Assembly (NCBI GenBank): GCA_040382895.1
Contig: JBEIEO010000001.1
Coordinates: forward strand, 1-43,453
Length of the DNA stretch: 43,453 nt
Direction: 5' to 3'
Source: Halobacteriovoraceae bacterium
GTDB lineage: Bacteria; Bdellovibrionota; Bacteriovoracia; Bacteriovoracales; Bacteriovoracaceae
The stretch's first letter is position 1. Every line of letters begins with the position of its first letter. The notes beneath the pieces are model-generated. The model was given only the letters and a program-made list of their open reading frames with translations, was not told the DNA's origin and ran no database searches. A program made the translations under genes and the position numbers. Below, piece by piece: positions 18,318 to 28,018 of the stretch.

Positions 18318-18707
18318 ATGGCCGATAAAAAACTCCGCGACCTCGCGCACGATGCTTCAACCAGAGCTCATTCACCTTATTCAAAGGCGAAAGTAGGATC
18401 CGCTGTAGTTACAGAATCTGGTGATATCTTTCAGGGATGTAACATCGAAAATTCAAGTTTTGGCGGTACTGTCTGCGCTGAACGCGTAGCCATCTGGAAA
18501 GCAGTCTCTGAGGGTCATCGTAAATTGAAAAAAATCTACGTCTACACTGATGACGGCTGGCCTCCATGTGGTATTTGTTTGCAGGTGATGACGGAGTTTT
18601 CTTCCCTGGATCTTGAAATTACATTCGGTGACAAGGCCGGCAATGAGAAGACGAAAAAACTGGGTGAACTACTCACTCACGCCTTTACTCCTGCTCATTT
18701 AAAATAA
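18318..18707 (+). CDS. cdd: Cytidine deaminase (tetrameric type)
   Basis: SPYS, GCNIEN, CAER and PCGIC Zn motifs. Confidence 0.96.
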   Translation: MADKKLRDLAHDASTRAHSPYSKAKVGSAVVTESGDIFQGCNIENSSFGGTVCAERVAIWKAVSEGHRKLKKIYVYTDDGWPPCGICLQVMTEFSSLDLEITFGDKAGNEKTKKLGELLTHAFTPAHLK

Positions 18708-18748
18708 TTGTTTTTTAAAAAGGAAGGGGCGAATGTCTCTTTTAATAC

Positions 18749-20059
18749 ATGCAAGAAAAAATCTATCAAAGTTCTAACGAACTTCTCGACTCCCTGAGAT
18801 TCTGTGTCATAGATCTTGAGACGACTGGTGGAAATCCAGAAACAGAAAAGATCATTGAAATCGGAATGGTGAGAATTGAAAATCGCCGCATTTCCGAAGA
18901 GCGTAGTTTCCTGATTAATCCTCAGAAAGAAATACCGGACTTTGTTCAGAAACTGACAGGGATTCGCAAAAATGACGTGGAACACTCTCCTAAGATCGAA
19001 GAAGTCATAGACGAGATCGTACAGTTCATTGGCGACAGTATACTAGTTGCTCACAATACTTCTTTTGATATTCCATTCCTGAATGGAGTTCTTAAAAAGC
19101 TTCAACGTCCTACTCTTGAAAATAAAGTCATATGTACCAACATCATGACTAAATACCTGATCCCCGATATCATGAGTTCTAACCTGAACTACATGTCTCA
19201 GATCTTCGGTATTTCACACTCCCAGGCACACCGTGCGATTGAAGATGCCCGTGCAACGGGGATGCTATTGATGAAGTACATGGACATCTTTGAAGAGAAA
19301 AAAATTCGAAAAGTTAATCAACTCTACTATCCTCGAAATAAATTTGAACTCGACCGCGCCATTATAGAAGGCCCTGAGGGACTTGAGCCGGTGCTTGAAG
19401 TTCTCTCGCGTGTACACAACCCTTGTATTCTGACAGTCAAAGGTGACAACGGTGTGATCCTGACCATTCTTCCTCTCAAAACACCTTCAGCTGAAGTTGA
19501 AGAGATGAAATCCTTTCTGAAAGATTTCCGTTGGAGTCAGATCCACATACGTCTCTGTGGACCATTCATTGAGGGTCTTTTCTTTATGAATGCCAATTTT
19601 ATTAAGATTCCTGAGACCTATCGTAAAAAGACCATCGAATATCTGAAGAAGCGCTATCCACTTCCTCCGGCAACGGGGCTTATTGATGAGCATGATTTCG
19701 TCATTACTCCGCATCTCATTAGTGGGCAGTATATTGTTTACTCGTTTCTGAATTTCTCTCCCTACTCGCATCTGATTTTCAAATTTCCGGCCCACAAAAA
19801 GAAACTTCATCAGTTCCTTTCAGGTCAGATAGGAAGATTTGAAACTCAGCAGAAGGGTAAGAAGAAAGTCTTCTTACAAAATGATATAAAGGACATCTTC
19901 CTGAGTCTTTTTCATGATTCACTCGTGAATGAACCCAAAGTCTATTTGACCCTGAGAAATTCCGACATCAAGGATGAGAAAAAAATCTACCTCGATCGAA
20001 TTGAGCAGCTGGCCGATGAACATCCGGATCGCTATAAATTCCCAACTGAACATCTGTAA
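18749..20059 (+). CDS. DEDDh 3'-5' exonuclease (DnaQ/PolC-exo-like) with long C-terminal region
   Basis: DLETTG, AHNTSFD and HRAIEDA ExoI-III motifs in the first ~180 aa. Confidence 0.9.
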   Translation: MQEKIYQSSNELLDSLRFCVIDLETTGGNPETEKIIEIGMVRIENRRISEERSFLINPQKEIPDFVQKLTGIRKNDVEHSPKIEEVIDEIVQFIGDSILVAHNTSFDIPFLNGVLKKLQRPTLENKVICTNIMTKYLIPDIMSSNLNYMSQIFGISHSQAHRAIEDARATGMLLMKYMDIFEEKKIRKVNQLYYPRNKFELDRAIIEGPEGLEPVLEVLSRVHNPCILTVKGDNGVILTILPLKTPSAEVEEMKSFLKDFRWSQIHIRLCGPFIEGLFFMNANFIKIPETYRKKTIEYLKKRYPLPPATGLIDEHDFVITPHLISGQYIVYSFLNFSPYSHLIFKFPAHKKKLHQFLSGQIGRFETQQKGKKKVFLQNDIKDIFLSLFHDSLVNEPKVYLTLRNSDIKDEKKIYLDRIEQLADEHPDRYKFPTEHL

Positions 20060-20087
20060 TTCAAGATTGATAATTCTTAAAACCTAG

Positions 20088-20113
20088 AGGCCGGATCACT
20101 TCCGGCCTTTTTT
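20088..20113 (+). terminator. Rho-independent terminator
   Basis: AGGCCGGA-TCACT-TCCGGCCT followed by a T-run. Confidence 0.85.
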
Positions 20114-20134
20114 ATTTTCGGTTATAGCTTTTGG

Positions 20135-21001
20135 ATGAACTTACGACACCTCACCGATGAAGTACTTCTAGCAGATACCAAGCGACTGGCCGGTAAAGAG
20201 CGGGAAATCACGCTGCAGATCCTGCATCATCTGAAGGAGATTGAACGACGACGTCTCTATTCGGAGCTGGGATTAAGTTCGCTCTTTGAGTATGCAGTGA
20301 AAGAGTTAGGTTACTCAGATGCTTCAGCGGCCAGGAGAATTCGATCAGCCAGACTCATTGCAGAATTGCCGCAGATTGAAAAGAAAGTTGAGACAGGGTC
20401 ACTAAATCTGACCAACATTGCAATGGCAGCTAATCTGTTCAGGAATGAAGATATAAAAGACAAAGATCAGAAGCTTGAAATCTTAAAAGAAATCGAAAAG
20501 ACGACTAAAAAAGAATGTGAAGCGATTTTATTGGGCTACTCTAGCCCAACTCCCCCGCCAAAAGAAATCATCAAACAGACGACTCCCGAATTCCATACGA
20601 TTAAGATTAACCTCTCAAATGAAACAATAAAGTTGTTTCAAGAACTCAAAGATCTTTTGGGTCATCATCGATTCAACAATGACCAGCTATTTAAATCCAT
20701 TTTCAAAACGGCATCAGAACAAATAGAAAATAAGAAATTTCACTTAAACACTAAACTTACGGCGCTAGCGCCGTCGCCGGGAGTCAACAGAAGCTACATT
20801 CCTGCTGGTGTGAAAAAAGTGGTATTTGAAAGGGATGAGGGGAAATGCAAGAAATGCGGAAGCTCTAAATTTCTTCAGTATGATCACATCATTGCCTATT
20901 CGCAAGGAGGGACAGCAACGTCGGAAAATCTTCGGTTATTATGCTTTGGCTGCAATCAGAGATCAGGAATCGCGGGGCGGATTATAAATAAAGCGCAATG
21001 A
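20135..21001 (+). CDS. HNH endonuclease with helical (DUF222-like) N-terminal domain
   Basis: C-terminal CKKC...DH...GG...N...LCFGCN HNH/Zn module; N-terminal SLFEYAVKELGYSDASAARRI HTH-like segment. Confidence 0.88.
   Translation: MNLRHLTDEVLLADTKRLAGKEREITLQILHHLKEIERRRLYSELGLSSLFEYAVKELGYSDASAARRIRSARLIAELPQIEKKVETGSLNLTNIAMAANLFRNEDIKDKDQKLEILKEIEKTTKKECEAILLGYSSPTPPPKEIIKQTTPEFHTIKINLSNETIKLFQELKDLLGHHRFNNDQLFKSIFKTASEQIENKKFHLNTKLTALAPSPGVNRSYIPAGVKKVVFERDEGKCKKCGSSKFLQYDHIIAYSQGGTATSENLRLLCFGCNQRSGIAGRIINKAQ
20759..20774. repeat. Perfect 16-bp palindrome inside the HNH gene linker
   Basis: ACGGCGCTAGCGCCGT equals its own reverse complement. Confidence 0.9.
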
Positions 21002-22669
21002 ATAGTCTGACGCCTGCAAAACGAAATTTTCAATGGTCAGAAGATTCTGAATCAACTTGGATAGACTCAGTGTGGAGATGTTCAGCTCATGCAGCTGAAT
21101 CTGGATTTCCTGAGAGGACTCGATAATTTCACCCTTGATCACTTTCTCAATCTGATTTTTGTCGGATATGAGTAAGTGATGTGAATAAAGCGTCATGAGC
21201 TCGCCCAGGATCAGATAAAACGTCATGGTAAGCAAGCTTAGGTTAACACTGGCACGAAACTCTGAGTGACGTGAAAAAGCAAAGTTAAAGCGAATACCAC
21301 TTTCTACAGTCCGAAAACGTAGCAGGTTTTGTGCCTGCTGATAACAAATCTCAATTGGACTCAGTGAGGATTCAAGCGTATTTAGATTCCCGGGATTCGC
21401 TCGTGAAAAACCCAAGAAAGTTTCAATCAGCTGCTTACAGCGAATGGCACCATTCTTCATTTCCACCAATGTTTGTTTAGCCTCTTCATACATATTTTCA
21501 TCCAGCATCAGGAGACTCAAAGCAGCTTGAATACCAGCGATAGGGTTGTTGAGCTCATGAGCAATCGAGGAGCTGATGATCCCAAGCTCCTGGCCAGAGG
21601 GGGTCAGGTTGCCATCCCCTTTAAGGAAAAAACTTTCTGTAAAAAAAACGAACAACACTTTGGTTTCATCCAGGTGATGAACTGCTTTACGAAAAATATT
21701 ATAGGGAATGTCATTAATAAGTATTTTTTCTCGCAGCTTGTATTTGAGACAGTCTGCAGGCGTAAGATTGAGCTTCGAAAATAAACTGTTGTGTTGGTAG
21801 ATTTCACCCGTATCTGAAAGCAAGGCGACTGGAAAGGGTATTCCATCCAATACGCTTTCCCAAAGAGTATCATCAAAGAATGGATCCTGAATCTCTTGTT
21901 TGGAAGCGAAGAAATTGATGAGGGTATAGATAAAGAACAACTTCTTTATCTGGCGAAAGAAATCTGTATCTTCCCAGTTAATCTCCAACGCCAGAAACTC
22001 TCCCTTGTAACGGGGAAGAGTCAGGAAATTACCCGAGGTTTCGATCTTAGAAAAATTTGCAGCACTATAAAACTGAAACTTAGCTTTTTCGATATGTGTC
22101 TTCACAAATTGCTTCAGAACTTTTTCCATCCGAGCAACATCGTCGGTGTGAATAAGATCTTTCTCCAAATCAACTAACGCCTGGGCGTAGGTAAGCAGGT
22201 CTTCGGAAGTAAGATTGCTTCCTTCTTCCAGGTTCTTTTGTGTTTTCTGCTTTGAGAGATTTTCAAGTTTACGAAGATTCTTGACCCCTAACTGATAATA
22301 GCTATTTTCCTGCAAACGAATTATGTCACTTAAAGCCGGTGCGACCAGTTTCTCTACCTGCCGGGCATCGATCGCATCATCAAGGACTGCATGAACATCG
22401 GAGCTTTCAATATTCTGACCAAAACTAAATAGTCCCTGATTCTTATCCAGCAAACAAATTTTAAATGAGCTGGATGACCTGATAAGATGAAGGGAGTTTT
22501 CAGATATAAAATCTACCGTCAGAAATTTATCTTTCACTGATGGCTTGAAATCGAATTCTTCAAAATTTGCGTCTTTAAACTGCGCCAGGACCGTGTCTAA
22601 TGAGCGGCGAAGCTCCTGAGAGAGCGACGGATCAATCCTGAATGTGAGAAAGCCCGAAAAATGAAGCAT
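20963..22669 (-). CDS. Histidine-kinase-like protein (PAS-like + HisKA, degenerate ATPase domain)
   Basis: SVLDGIPFPVALL PAS-like start; H-box SSIAHELNNP; no N/G1/F/G2 boxes visible. Confidence 0.8.
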   Translation of the reverse strand: MLHFSGFLTFRIDPSLSQELRRSLDTVLAQFKDANFEEFDFKPSVKDKFLTVDFISENSLHLIRSSSSFKICLLDKNQGLFSFGQNIESSDVHAVLDDAIDARQVEKLVAPALSDIIRLQENSYYQLGVKNLRKLENLSKQKTQKNLEEGSNLTSEDLLTYAQALVDLEKDLIHTDDVARMEKVLKQFVKTHIEKAKFQFYSAANFSKIETSGNFLTLPRYKGEFLALEINWEDTDFFRQIKKLFFIYTLINFFASKQEIQDPFFDDTLWESVLDGIPFPVALLSDTGEIYQHNSLFSKLNLTPADCLKYKLREKILINDIPYNIFRKAVHHLDETKVLFVFFTESFFLKGDGNLTPSGQELGIISSSIAHELNNPIAGIQAALSLLMLDENMYEEAKQTLVEMKNGAIRCKQLIETFLGFSRANPGNLNTLESSLSPIEICYQQAQNLLRFRTVESGIRFNFAFSRHSEFRASVNLSLLTMTFYLILGELMTLYSHHLLISDKNQIEKVIKGEIIESSQEIQIQLHELNISTLSLSKLIQNLLTIENFVLQASDYSLRFIYNPPRDS

Positions 22670-23520
22670 TAGTTTTTAAAATGTTTTTTACTTTCATCGA
22701 TAAGCACAAAACCATCGATGTATTGGCCTTGGACTTTAACACCCCAATGGAGATGAGGTCCAGAAGTTCTTCCAGTGTTTCCAGAAAGACCAATCAGATC
22801 ACCACGCTTAACAATGTCACCTTCTTTAACCAGTGTTTTAGATAAGTGACCATAGACTGTGAAAATATCCAAACCGTGGTCAATGATGACGGTCCAGCCG
22901 GTATAAAAAAGATCACCGGAAAAAACGACCTTACCAGCGTTGGAACATGGGACATTTTCCCCTACGATCGCCCGATAATCGATTCCCAGGTGCTGACCTT
23001 TCTTCTGTTTGTTATAAACTCGCTTCGTCCCATAGACACTGGTAACTAAGCTGGCCATAGGTTGGGCGAAACTTTCAGTGAAAAGGAAATCCGGAATACT
23101 GGAAGCATAGATTCTATTCAGAACTTCCTGCTCGGCAATCACTCGTTTTTCATCTTTAGGTGAAAGCTTAATTTTCTTTGAGTCCACCTTTAGCTTTTCA
23201 GCTTTATAGGTGCGCTCCTCCACTTCAAACAGAATTTCATAGGTCGTTTTATTCTGTGAAACAACCCGGCAGCTATAAGGTGTGAGGTCTGAGAAATAGC
23301 TCTCCATCACAAATGCGCGCCCTTGATTCACACTTCGTACAAATTTAACTTCTTTATCTCGGCAAATGAACTTTGCATCAGCATCATTGGCCGGGAAGAT
23401 AACCCAACGAACCTCGCCCGGTCGAATTGTCATGGACATCTGATTCGGTTTACCGGTTAGTTTTTGCGCCCAGCCCATGCTTGAGAAGAGACAAATAAGA
23501 ATTATCAAAAAAGACTTCAT
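22669..23520 (-). CDS. M23 family peptidoglycan endopeptidase
   Basis: Signal peptide; HLGID, YGHL and GPHLH Zn ligands intact. Confidence 0.93.
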   Translation of the reverse strand: MKSFLIILICLFSSMGWAQKLTGKPNQMSMTIRPGEVRWVIFPANDADAKFICRDKEVKFVRSVNQGRAFVMESYFSDLTPYSCRVVSQNKTTYEILFEVEERTYKAEKLKVDSKKIKLSPKDEKRVIAEQEVLNRIYASSIPDFLFTESFAQPMASLVTSVYGTKRVYNKQKKGQHLGIDYRAIVGENVPCSNAGKVVFSGDLFYTGWTVIIDHGLDIFTVYGHLSKTLVKEGDIVKRGDLIGLSGNTGRTSGPHLHWGVKVQGQYIDGFVLIDESKKHFKN

Positions 23521-24792
23521 TCAAAGTTCCTTAACGACAGTGCCATTGCCATCCTGAAAATGAATTTCCATTTTGGTACCAGCAGAGATTTTTTTAAATT
23601 GTTGATGCGAGGTAAGCACCTCGCCTTTATTAATCTGTACGTAACTATAGCCACGCTTTAAGACCTGCTTCGGGTTTAGAGCAGACAGGACATGATCAAA
23701 GCGTTTTATTTTTTCACTGACTTTCTGAGTATTGAGATTCATGGCGTGAACGAGACGCATTTGTAACTCATCAACTTGCTGAGAAGCCTCTGTTACCCCC
23801 AGAAGTTCTTCAGCGCGATCCTTCAAATTGATCTGAGAAAGTCGACGTTGTGCCAATTGAACTTTTTGGAACACTATATTAATCATCTCCCTCGGATGAA
23901 ACTTATGGGCAATCAGTTCAATTCGTTGGTGAAGTTTAAAAAGGTCTGACTTCAAGTGGGTCTGACAAAAATGTAATCTTCCGGCCAATTCGGTTTGTGG
24001 CTGTGAAAGAGTTTCCGCGGCTGCCGTTGGTGTTTCTGCCCGATGATCCGCTACGTAATCACAGAGGGTATAATCCACTTCATGTCCGACGGCACTTATG
24101 ACCGGGATCGGACACTGAGAGATAGTGCGGACCAATTCTTCATCATTGAATGACCACAAATCTTCCATGCTGCCACCACCACGGGTAAGCACGATGGTCT
24201 CAACTCCAGGTATACTCTGAGCTTTCTTTAGTCCAGCAATCAAGGTCCTCGCCGAGCCTTCACCTTGAACCATGGCAGGAATAACAAGAATGTCACACCA
24301 GAGGGAGCGACGTTTAAGAACATTAAGGAAATCCTGAAGAGCAGCTCCATGTTCAGCCGTGATAACAGCAATTCTTTTAGGGAATTTTGGAATAGGCTTC
24401 TTTTTTTCCAGGTCAAAAAGCCCTTCTTGAGCAAGCTTTGCTTTTAGCTTTTCAAACTGAACTTTTAGTTGTCCTGCTCCTGCGGGAAGAATTCTTTTTG
24501 CCAGAAGCTGGAAAGAACCGCGTTTTTGATAAACACTCACAGGCCCCAGAACAATAATTTTATCGCCATTTTTTAAAGTTCGGATCAAAGGATTGCGAAG
24601 AGCATCCATTTTGAAAAGTGCGCAAGAGATGCAGGCATTCTCATCAGATAACGTGAAATACCAATGACCAGCAGCCGATGGTGATAAATTGGTCACTTCA
24701 CCTTGAACAAATACTTCCTGAAACTCTTCTTCTAAAAGCGTTTTTATCGAACAGACTAATTCTGAAACTGAGGCAGCTTCAAATTCCATCAT
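23521..24792 (-). CDS. xseA: Exodeoxyribonuclease VII large subunit
   Basis: GHWYFTL OB fold, RGGGSMEDLWSFN, AVGHEVD, TPTAAA and LKRGY. Confidence 0.96.
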   Translation of the reverse strand: MMEFEAASVSELVCSIKTLLEEEFQEVFVQGEVTNLSPSAAGHWYFTLSDENACISCALFKMDALRNPLIRTLKNGDKIIVLGPVSVYQKRGSFQLLAKRILPAGAGQLKVQFEKLKAKLAQEGLFDLEKKKPIPKFPKRIAVITAEHGAALQDFLNVLKRRSLWCDILVIPAMVQGEGSARTLIAGLKKAQSIPGVETIVLTRGGGSMEDLWSFNDEELVRTISQCPIPVISAVGHEVDYTLCDYVADHRAETPTAAAETLSQPQTELAGRLHFCQTHLKSDLFKLHQRIELIAHKFHPREMINIVFQKVQLAQRRLSQINLKDRAEELLGVTEASQQVDELQMRLVHAMNLNTQKVSEKIKRFDHVLSALNPKQVLKRGYSYVQINKGEVLTSHQQFKKISAGTKMEIHFQDGNGTVVKEL

Positions 24793-26183
24793 TTCGTTGA
24801 TTTCGTTTCTTTAAAAACATTAAAGCCCTGAAGGTAGCGCATGGCCTGGATGACCTGGTAGTCTTCTGAAGCCTTCAAGGTCCTGAAAACTTCATCTTCC
24901 GCTACTACTTTTTTAGTACGTTTATTTTCCATTTCTTTAATCTTTCTTAACCGTTCTTCACGCTCTTGCGCCTCTCGAGCAGTTTTTTCGGCCGGTGTCT
25001 CAATGGTAGCCGTCAGATGGTTTCGAAGATCTTTTTCGCGAAGGTATCGATCTTCTTTAATTTCTTTTTCAAATGCTCCCGGTGCCATTTCTTCCAGCTG
25101 AAGATCAGGAATAATTCCGAGTGCCTGAATCTTACGATTCTTAGGAGTCATGTATTGAGCGATAGTAAGCTTTACGCCCACACCTTTATCGAGTTGAGCG
25201 ACGGTTTGTACTGAACCTTTACCGAAAGATTGAGAGCCCATGATGACAGCTCGTTTATAGTCCTGAAGCGCACCGGCAACAATTTCTGAAGCTGAAGCTG
25301 AAGCACCATTAATCAGTACCACCATAGGAGTAGTAAGATCTTTGTAACCGGACTTCTTCACGTAACGGATATCTTTATTCTGTGGCTCGCGGGATTCAGT
25401 TGTTACAACAATCCCCTCTTTAAGAAAAATAGATGACACGTCAACGGCCTGGTCTAACAATCCACCCGGGTTTGAGCGAAGGTCCAGAATGATTCCCTGA
25501 AGATTTTTGGCTTCTGATTGAGTTTTTAATTTTTTCAAGGCCTCTTCCATCGATTCAGCTGAACGCTTCTGAAACTGACTTAGTCTGAGATAAGCAATGT
25601 TTTTACCTAATAGTTCAGACTTAACAGGCTTAACTTTGATGATTTCACGTGTCAGGATAAAGTGCTTAACACCTTCATATCCTTCGCGAATAACACCCAG
25701 ATGAATCTTCTCACCCAGTTTACCGCGCATTTTTTCAATGGCTTGCTCAAGACTCATACCCACAATTGGTTCGTGGTTAATTTCCACCAATTTATCTTTG
25801 GGCTGCACACCTGCGCGAAACGCAGGAGTATCCTCGATGGGAGTGATGATGTAGATAACACCCTCTTTCTGAGTGACTTCGAGACCCAGTCCACCGAACT
25901 CCCCCTGAGTATCGTTTTGCATCTTTTCAAAAAAGTCTTTGTTCAGGAAAGCCGAGTGAGGATCAAGCGTATCCATCATGCCCTTAAGCGCACCTTCAAT
26001 CAGTTTTTCAGTGCTCACTGGACGGTAGTATTGAGTTTCGATTAGATGGAGAACTTTATTGAAAAGTTCCAGCTGCTCAAAACGCGAGCGGTTCTCAGTA
26101 ATTTTTGGTGCTGATGTCTTTTGTGCCCAGACCGGAGAAGAGAGAGAAAGAACAAGTAGTGATGAGATAATGGCACGAGACAT
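24789..26183 (-). CDS. ctpA: Carboxyl-terminal processing protease (S41A)
   Basis: LDPHS, PDZ GLGL, DLRSNPGG, SASASE and FGKGSVQ. Confidence 0.94.
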   Translation of the reverse strand: MSRAIISSLLVLSLSSPVWAQKTSAPKITENRSRFEQLELFNKVLHLIETQYYRPVSTEKLIEGALKGMMDTLDPHSAFLNKDFFEKMQNDTQGEFGGLGLEVTQKEGVIYIITPIEDTPAFRAGVQPKDKLVEINHEPIVGMSLEQAIEKMRGKLGEKIHLGVIREGYEGVKHFILTREIIKVKPVKSELLGKNIAYLRLSQFQKRSAESMEEALKKLKTQSEAKNLQGIILDLRSNPGGLLDQAVDVSSIFLKEGIVVTTESREPQNKDIRYVKKSGYKDLTTPMVVLINGASASASEIVAGALQDYKRAVIMGSQSFGKGSVQTVAQLDKGVGVKLTIAQYMTPKNRKIQALGIIPDLQLEEMAPGAFEKEIKEDRYLREKDLRNHLTATIETPAEKTAREAQEREERLRKIKEMENKRTKKVVAEDEVFRTLKASEDYQVIQAMRYLQGFNVFKETKSTK

Positions 26184-26210
26184 GAGTACTCCTAAACTGA
26201 TATTTCAGTC

Positions 26211-27221
26211 TTAGATTTTACTCACTCCATTCTGGTCTAACCACAAAATAGTGTTTTGCGCGGTGTTTTTCTTGCGAACTTCGAAGTAGAGATTTTGTGC
26301 TTCTTTCGTATCATTTTGCGTATAGGCAAGCACATCTCCGTCTCTCACAGAATCGTTCTTTTTCACTTTGATATCCATCTTACCTAAGAGCACGGTTCTG
26401 AGATCGTTTCCGTGATCAATCAGCACTACCTGTCCATAGCTAGCGAGGTCTCCGGCGAAAACAACTTTTCCTCCACCTACTGCTTTGACTGGTTGGATGG
26501 ACTGGTATTTGAAGGTAACACCTTTTGGACTGGCGGTGAAAGTCATGAAGTCATCAACCGGTCGTTTAAAATAGCGGTCCGGTTTCTTTTCAACAACTGG
26601 CGCGTTGCTGAAGGCTTTTTTAACTTCAGCGATTTTCTGCTGAAGCTTTTTTTTCTGAACTTTTGATTCAGCAACTTTTTTATCCTGGACCTTTGCCAAA
26701 TAAAGCTCCATCGCTGCTTTCTTGCGATCTTCGAGCTCTTTGATAACCTGGCCCAGCTCTTCTTCATTGCGCTTCAAAGAGCTCAGTTTGACGTCAAACT
26801 CCGTCACCTTGTTCTCAAAGGTCACAAGTTCTTCTTCTTTCATCTTCAGTTTTTGCTGAGCTTGCTTCAAAAGTTCCAGGTGAACTTTCTTCTGCCAGGC
26901 CTCAGTACCTTCATTTTCACTTTCAATCAGGTAACTCTGAAAAATACGCTTATTGTCGGCTTGAGCTTTACGAACTTCCCCATGAATCTCTGTAAGTTTG
27001 TCGCGGTAAAGTTTTATATCTGATTCAAATTGCCGGATCTGTTCTACGCTCGAAATATAGAGATTATTTTTTGAACCGATTTCTTTTTCGAGGCTCGAAA
27101 GTCTAGCCCCAAGCTCCATCACTTCTGAACGATAACGGGCAAGATCATCTCCCCCTCTGCGATTGATGGCAGCGGGAGATTGCAGAGAAAGTAAAAGTCC
27201 TAAGAGCAGTACCTGCTTCAT
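26211..27221 (-). CDS. envC: EnvC-like murein hydrolase activator (coiled coil + degenerate LytM)
   Basis: Signal, long coiled coil, YGQVVLIDHG and LYFEVR without Zn ligands; follows ftsEX and precedes ctpA. Confidence 0.8.
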   Translation of the reverse strand: MKQVLLLGLLLSLQSPAAINRRGGDDLARYRSEVMELGARLSSLEKEIGSKNNLYISSVEQIRQFESDIKLYRDKLTEIHGEVRKAQADNKRIFQSYLIESENEGTEAWQKKVHLELLKQAQQKLKMKEEELVTFENKVTEFDVKLSSLKRNEEELGQVIKELEDRKKAAMELYLAKVQDKKVAESKVQKKKLQQKIAEVKKAFSNAPVVEKKPDRYFKRPVDDFMTFTASPKGVTFKYQSIQPVKAVGGGKVVFAGDLASYGQVVLIDHGNDLRTVLLGKMDIKVKKNDSVRDGDVLAYTQNDTKEAQNLYFEVRKKNTAQNTILWLDQNGVSKI

Positions 27222-28018
27222 AGAGTTGGTTTCCATCTCCAGTCTTGCATTGAAAAGGTCCAGAACACTGAAAAAATCATGAACAGAATGACGAAATCAA
27301 AAAACTTTAAAGTACCATTAAGAAGACCCATACCAGTGAAAAGAATAATGACAGATACCAGCCCTACGGCCAGGGTTTTGGAAGCTACAAATTTTTTACG
27401 CTGAAACTTTTCGATGATGTACGAGCGAGATCGGAAAACATCGTAACAAAGCCAGAAACTTATGATCCAGCAGAGGGCCACAAAACCAATCACACCCCAG
27501 TCTCCTGCCTTACCCAGGAAATTATAAAAAGGATGAGACTTCATAACTGATGTCACTTCCGGATACTTAACGTCAGTTGCCGTCAAATGCTCTCTTCCTC
27601 CGAACTTAACCACCTGGTCCCGCACGAAATTCAAGCTTTCCTGAGAGAGTGTCGGATTCAGGGAAATACGAACAGTCTTAAAATTCATCAGATCAGTGCT
27701 CACCTGATAGTCTGAACCCAGCTGGCTCACGAGCTGGCCAATTTTGCCCCGGCTCTCTTCCTGATCCTTATCCTGGATACTGAGAACACCTGGCAGGCGG
27801 CCCACCAGATTTTTTAATTTGGCAGCGTCAACGTTTTCATCCATCACAGCGACAAAATAAGGGTTCACAATTTTCTCTGGGGAAATCTTCTCAACTGTTG
27901 AGGCTACCCAAGGACGATGAGTCAATGTGAATGCTAATAGACAAGAAAAGAAGAAAAAACTGAAACCACGGAAGAACGACTCTCCCAGAGATTTAAAAAA
28001 TTCTTTTAGATAAAACAT
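27218..28018 (-). CDS. ftsX: Divergent FtsX-like permease
   Basis: TM, large periplasmic loop, then 3 TM; sits between ftsE and envC. Sequence motifs are weak, so the call rests on context. Confidence 0.6.
   Translation of the reverse strand: MFYLKEFFKSLGESFFRGFSFFFFSCLLAFTLTHRPWVASTVEKISPEKIVNPYFVAVMDENVDAAKLKNLVGRLPGVLSIQDKDQEESRGKIGQLVSQLGSDYQVSTDLMNFKTVRISLNPTLSQESLNFVRDQVVKFGGREHLTATDVKYPEVTSVMKSHPFYNFLGKAGDWGVIGFVALCWIISFWLCYDVFRSRSYIIEKFQRKKFVASKTLAVGLVSVIILFTGMGLLNGTLKFFDFVILFMIFSVFWTFSMQDWRWKPTL

Noticed and set aside
26211-26560. Missing Zn ligands in the LytM domain as a novelty
   Set aside because: This degeneracy is the normal state of EnvC.
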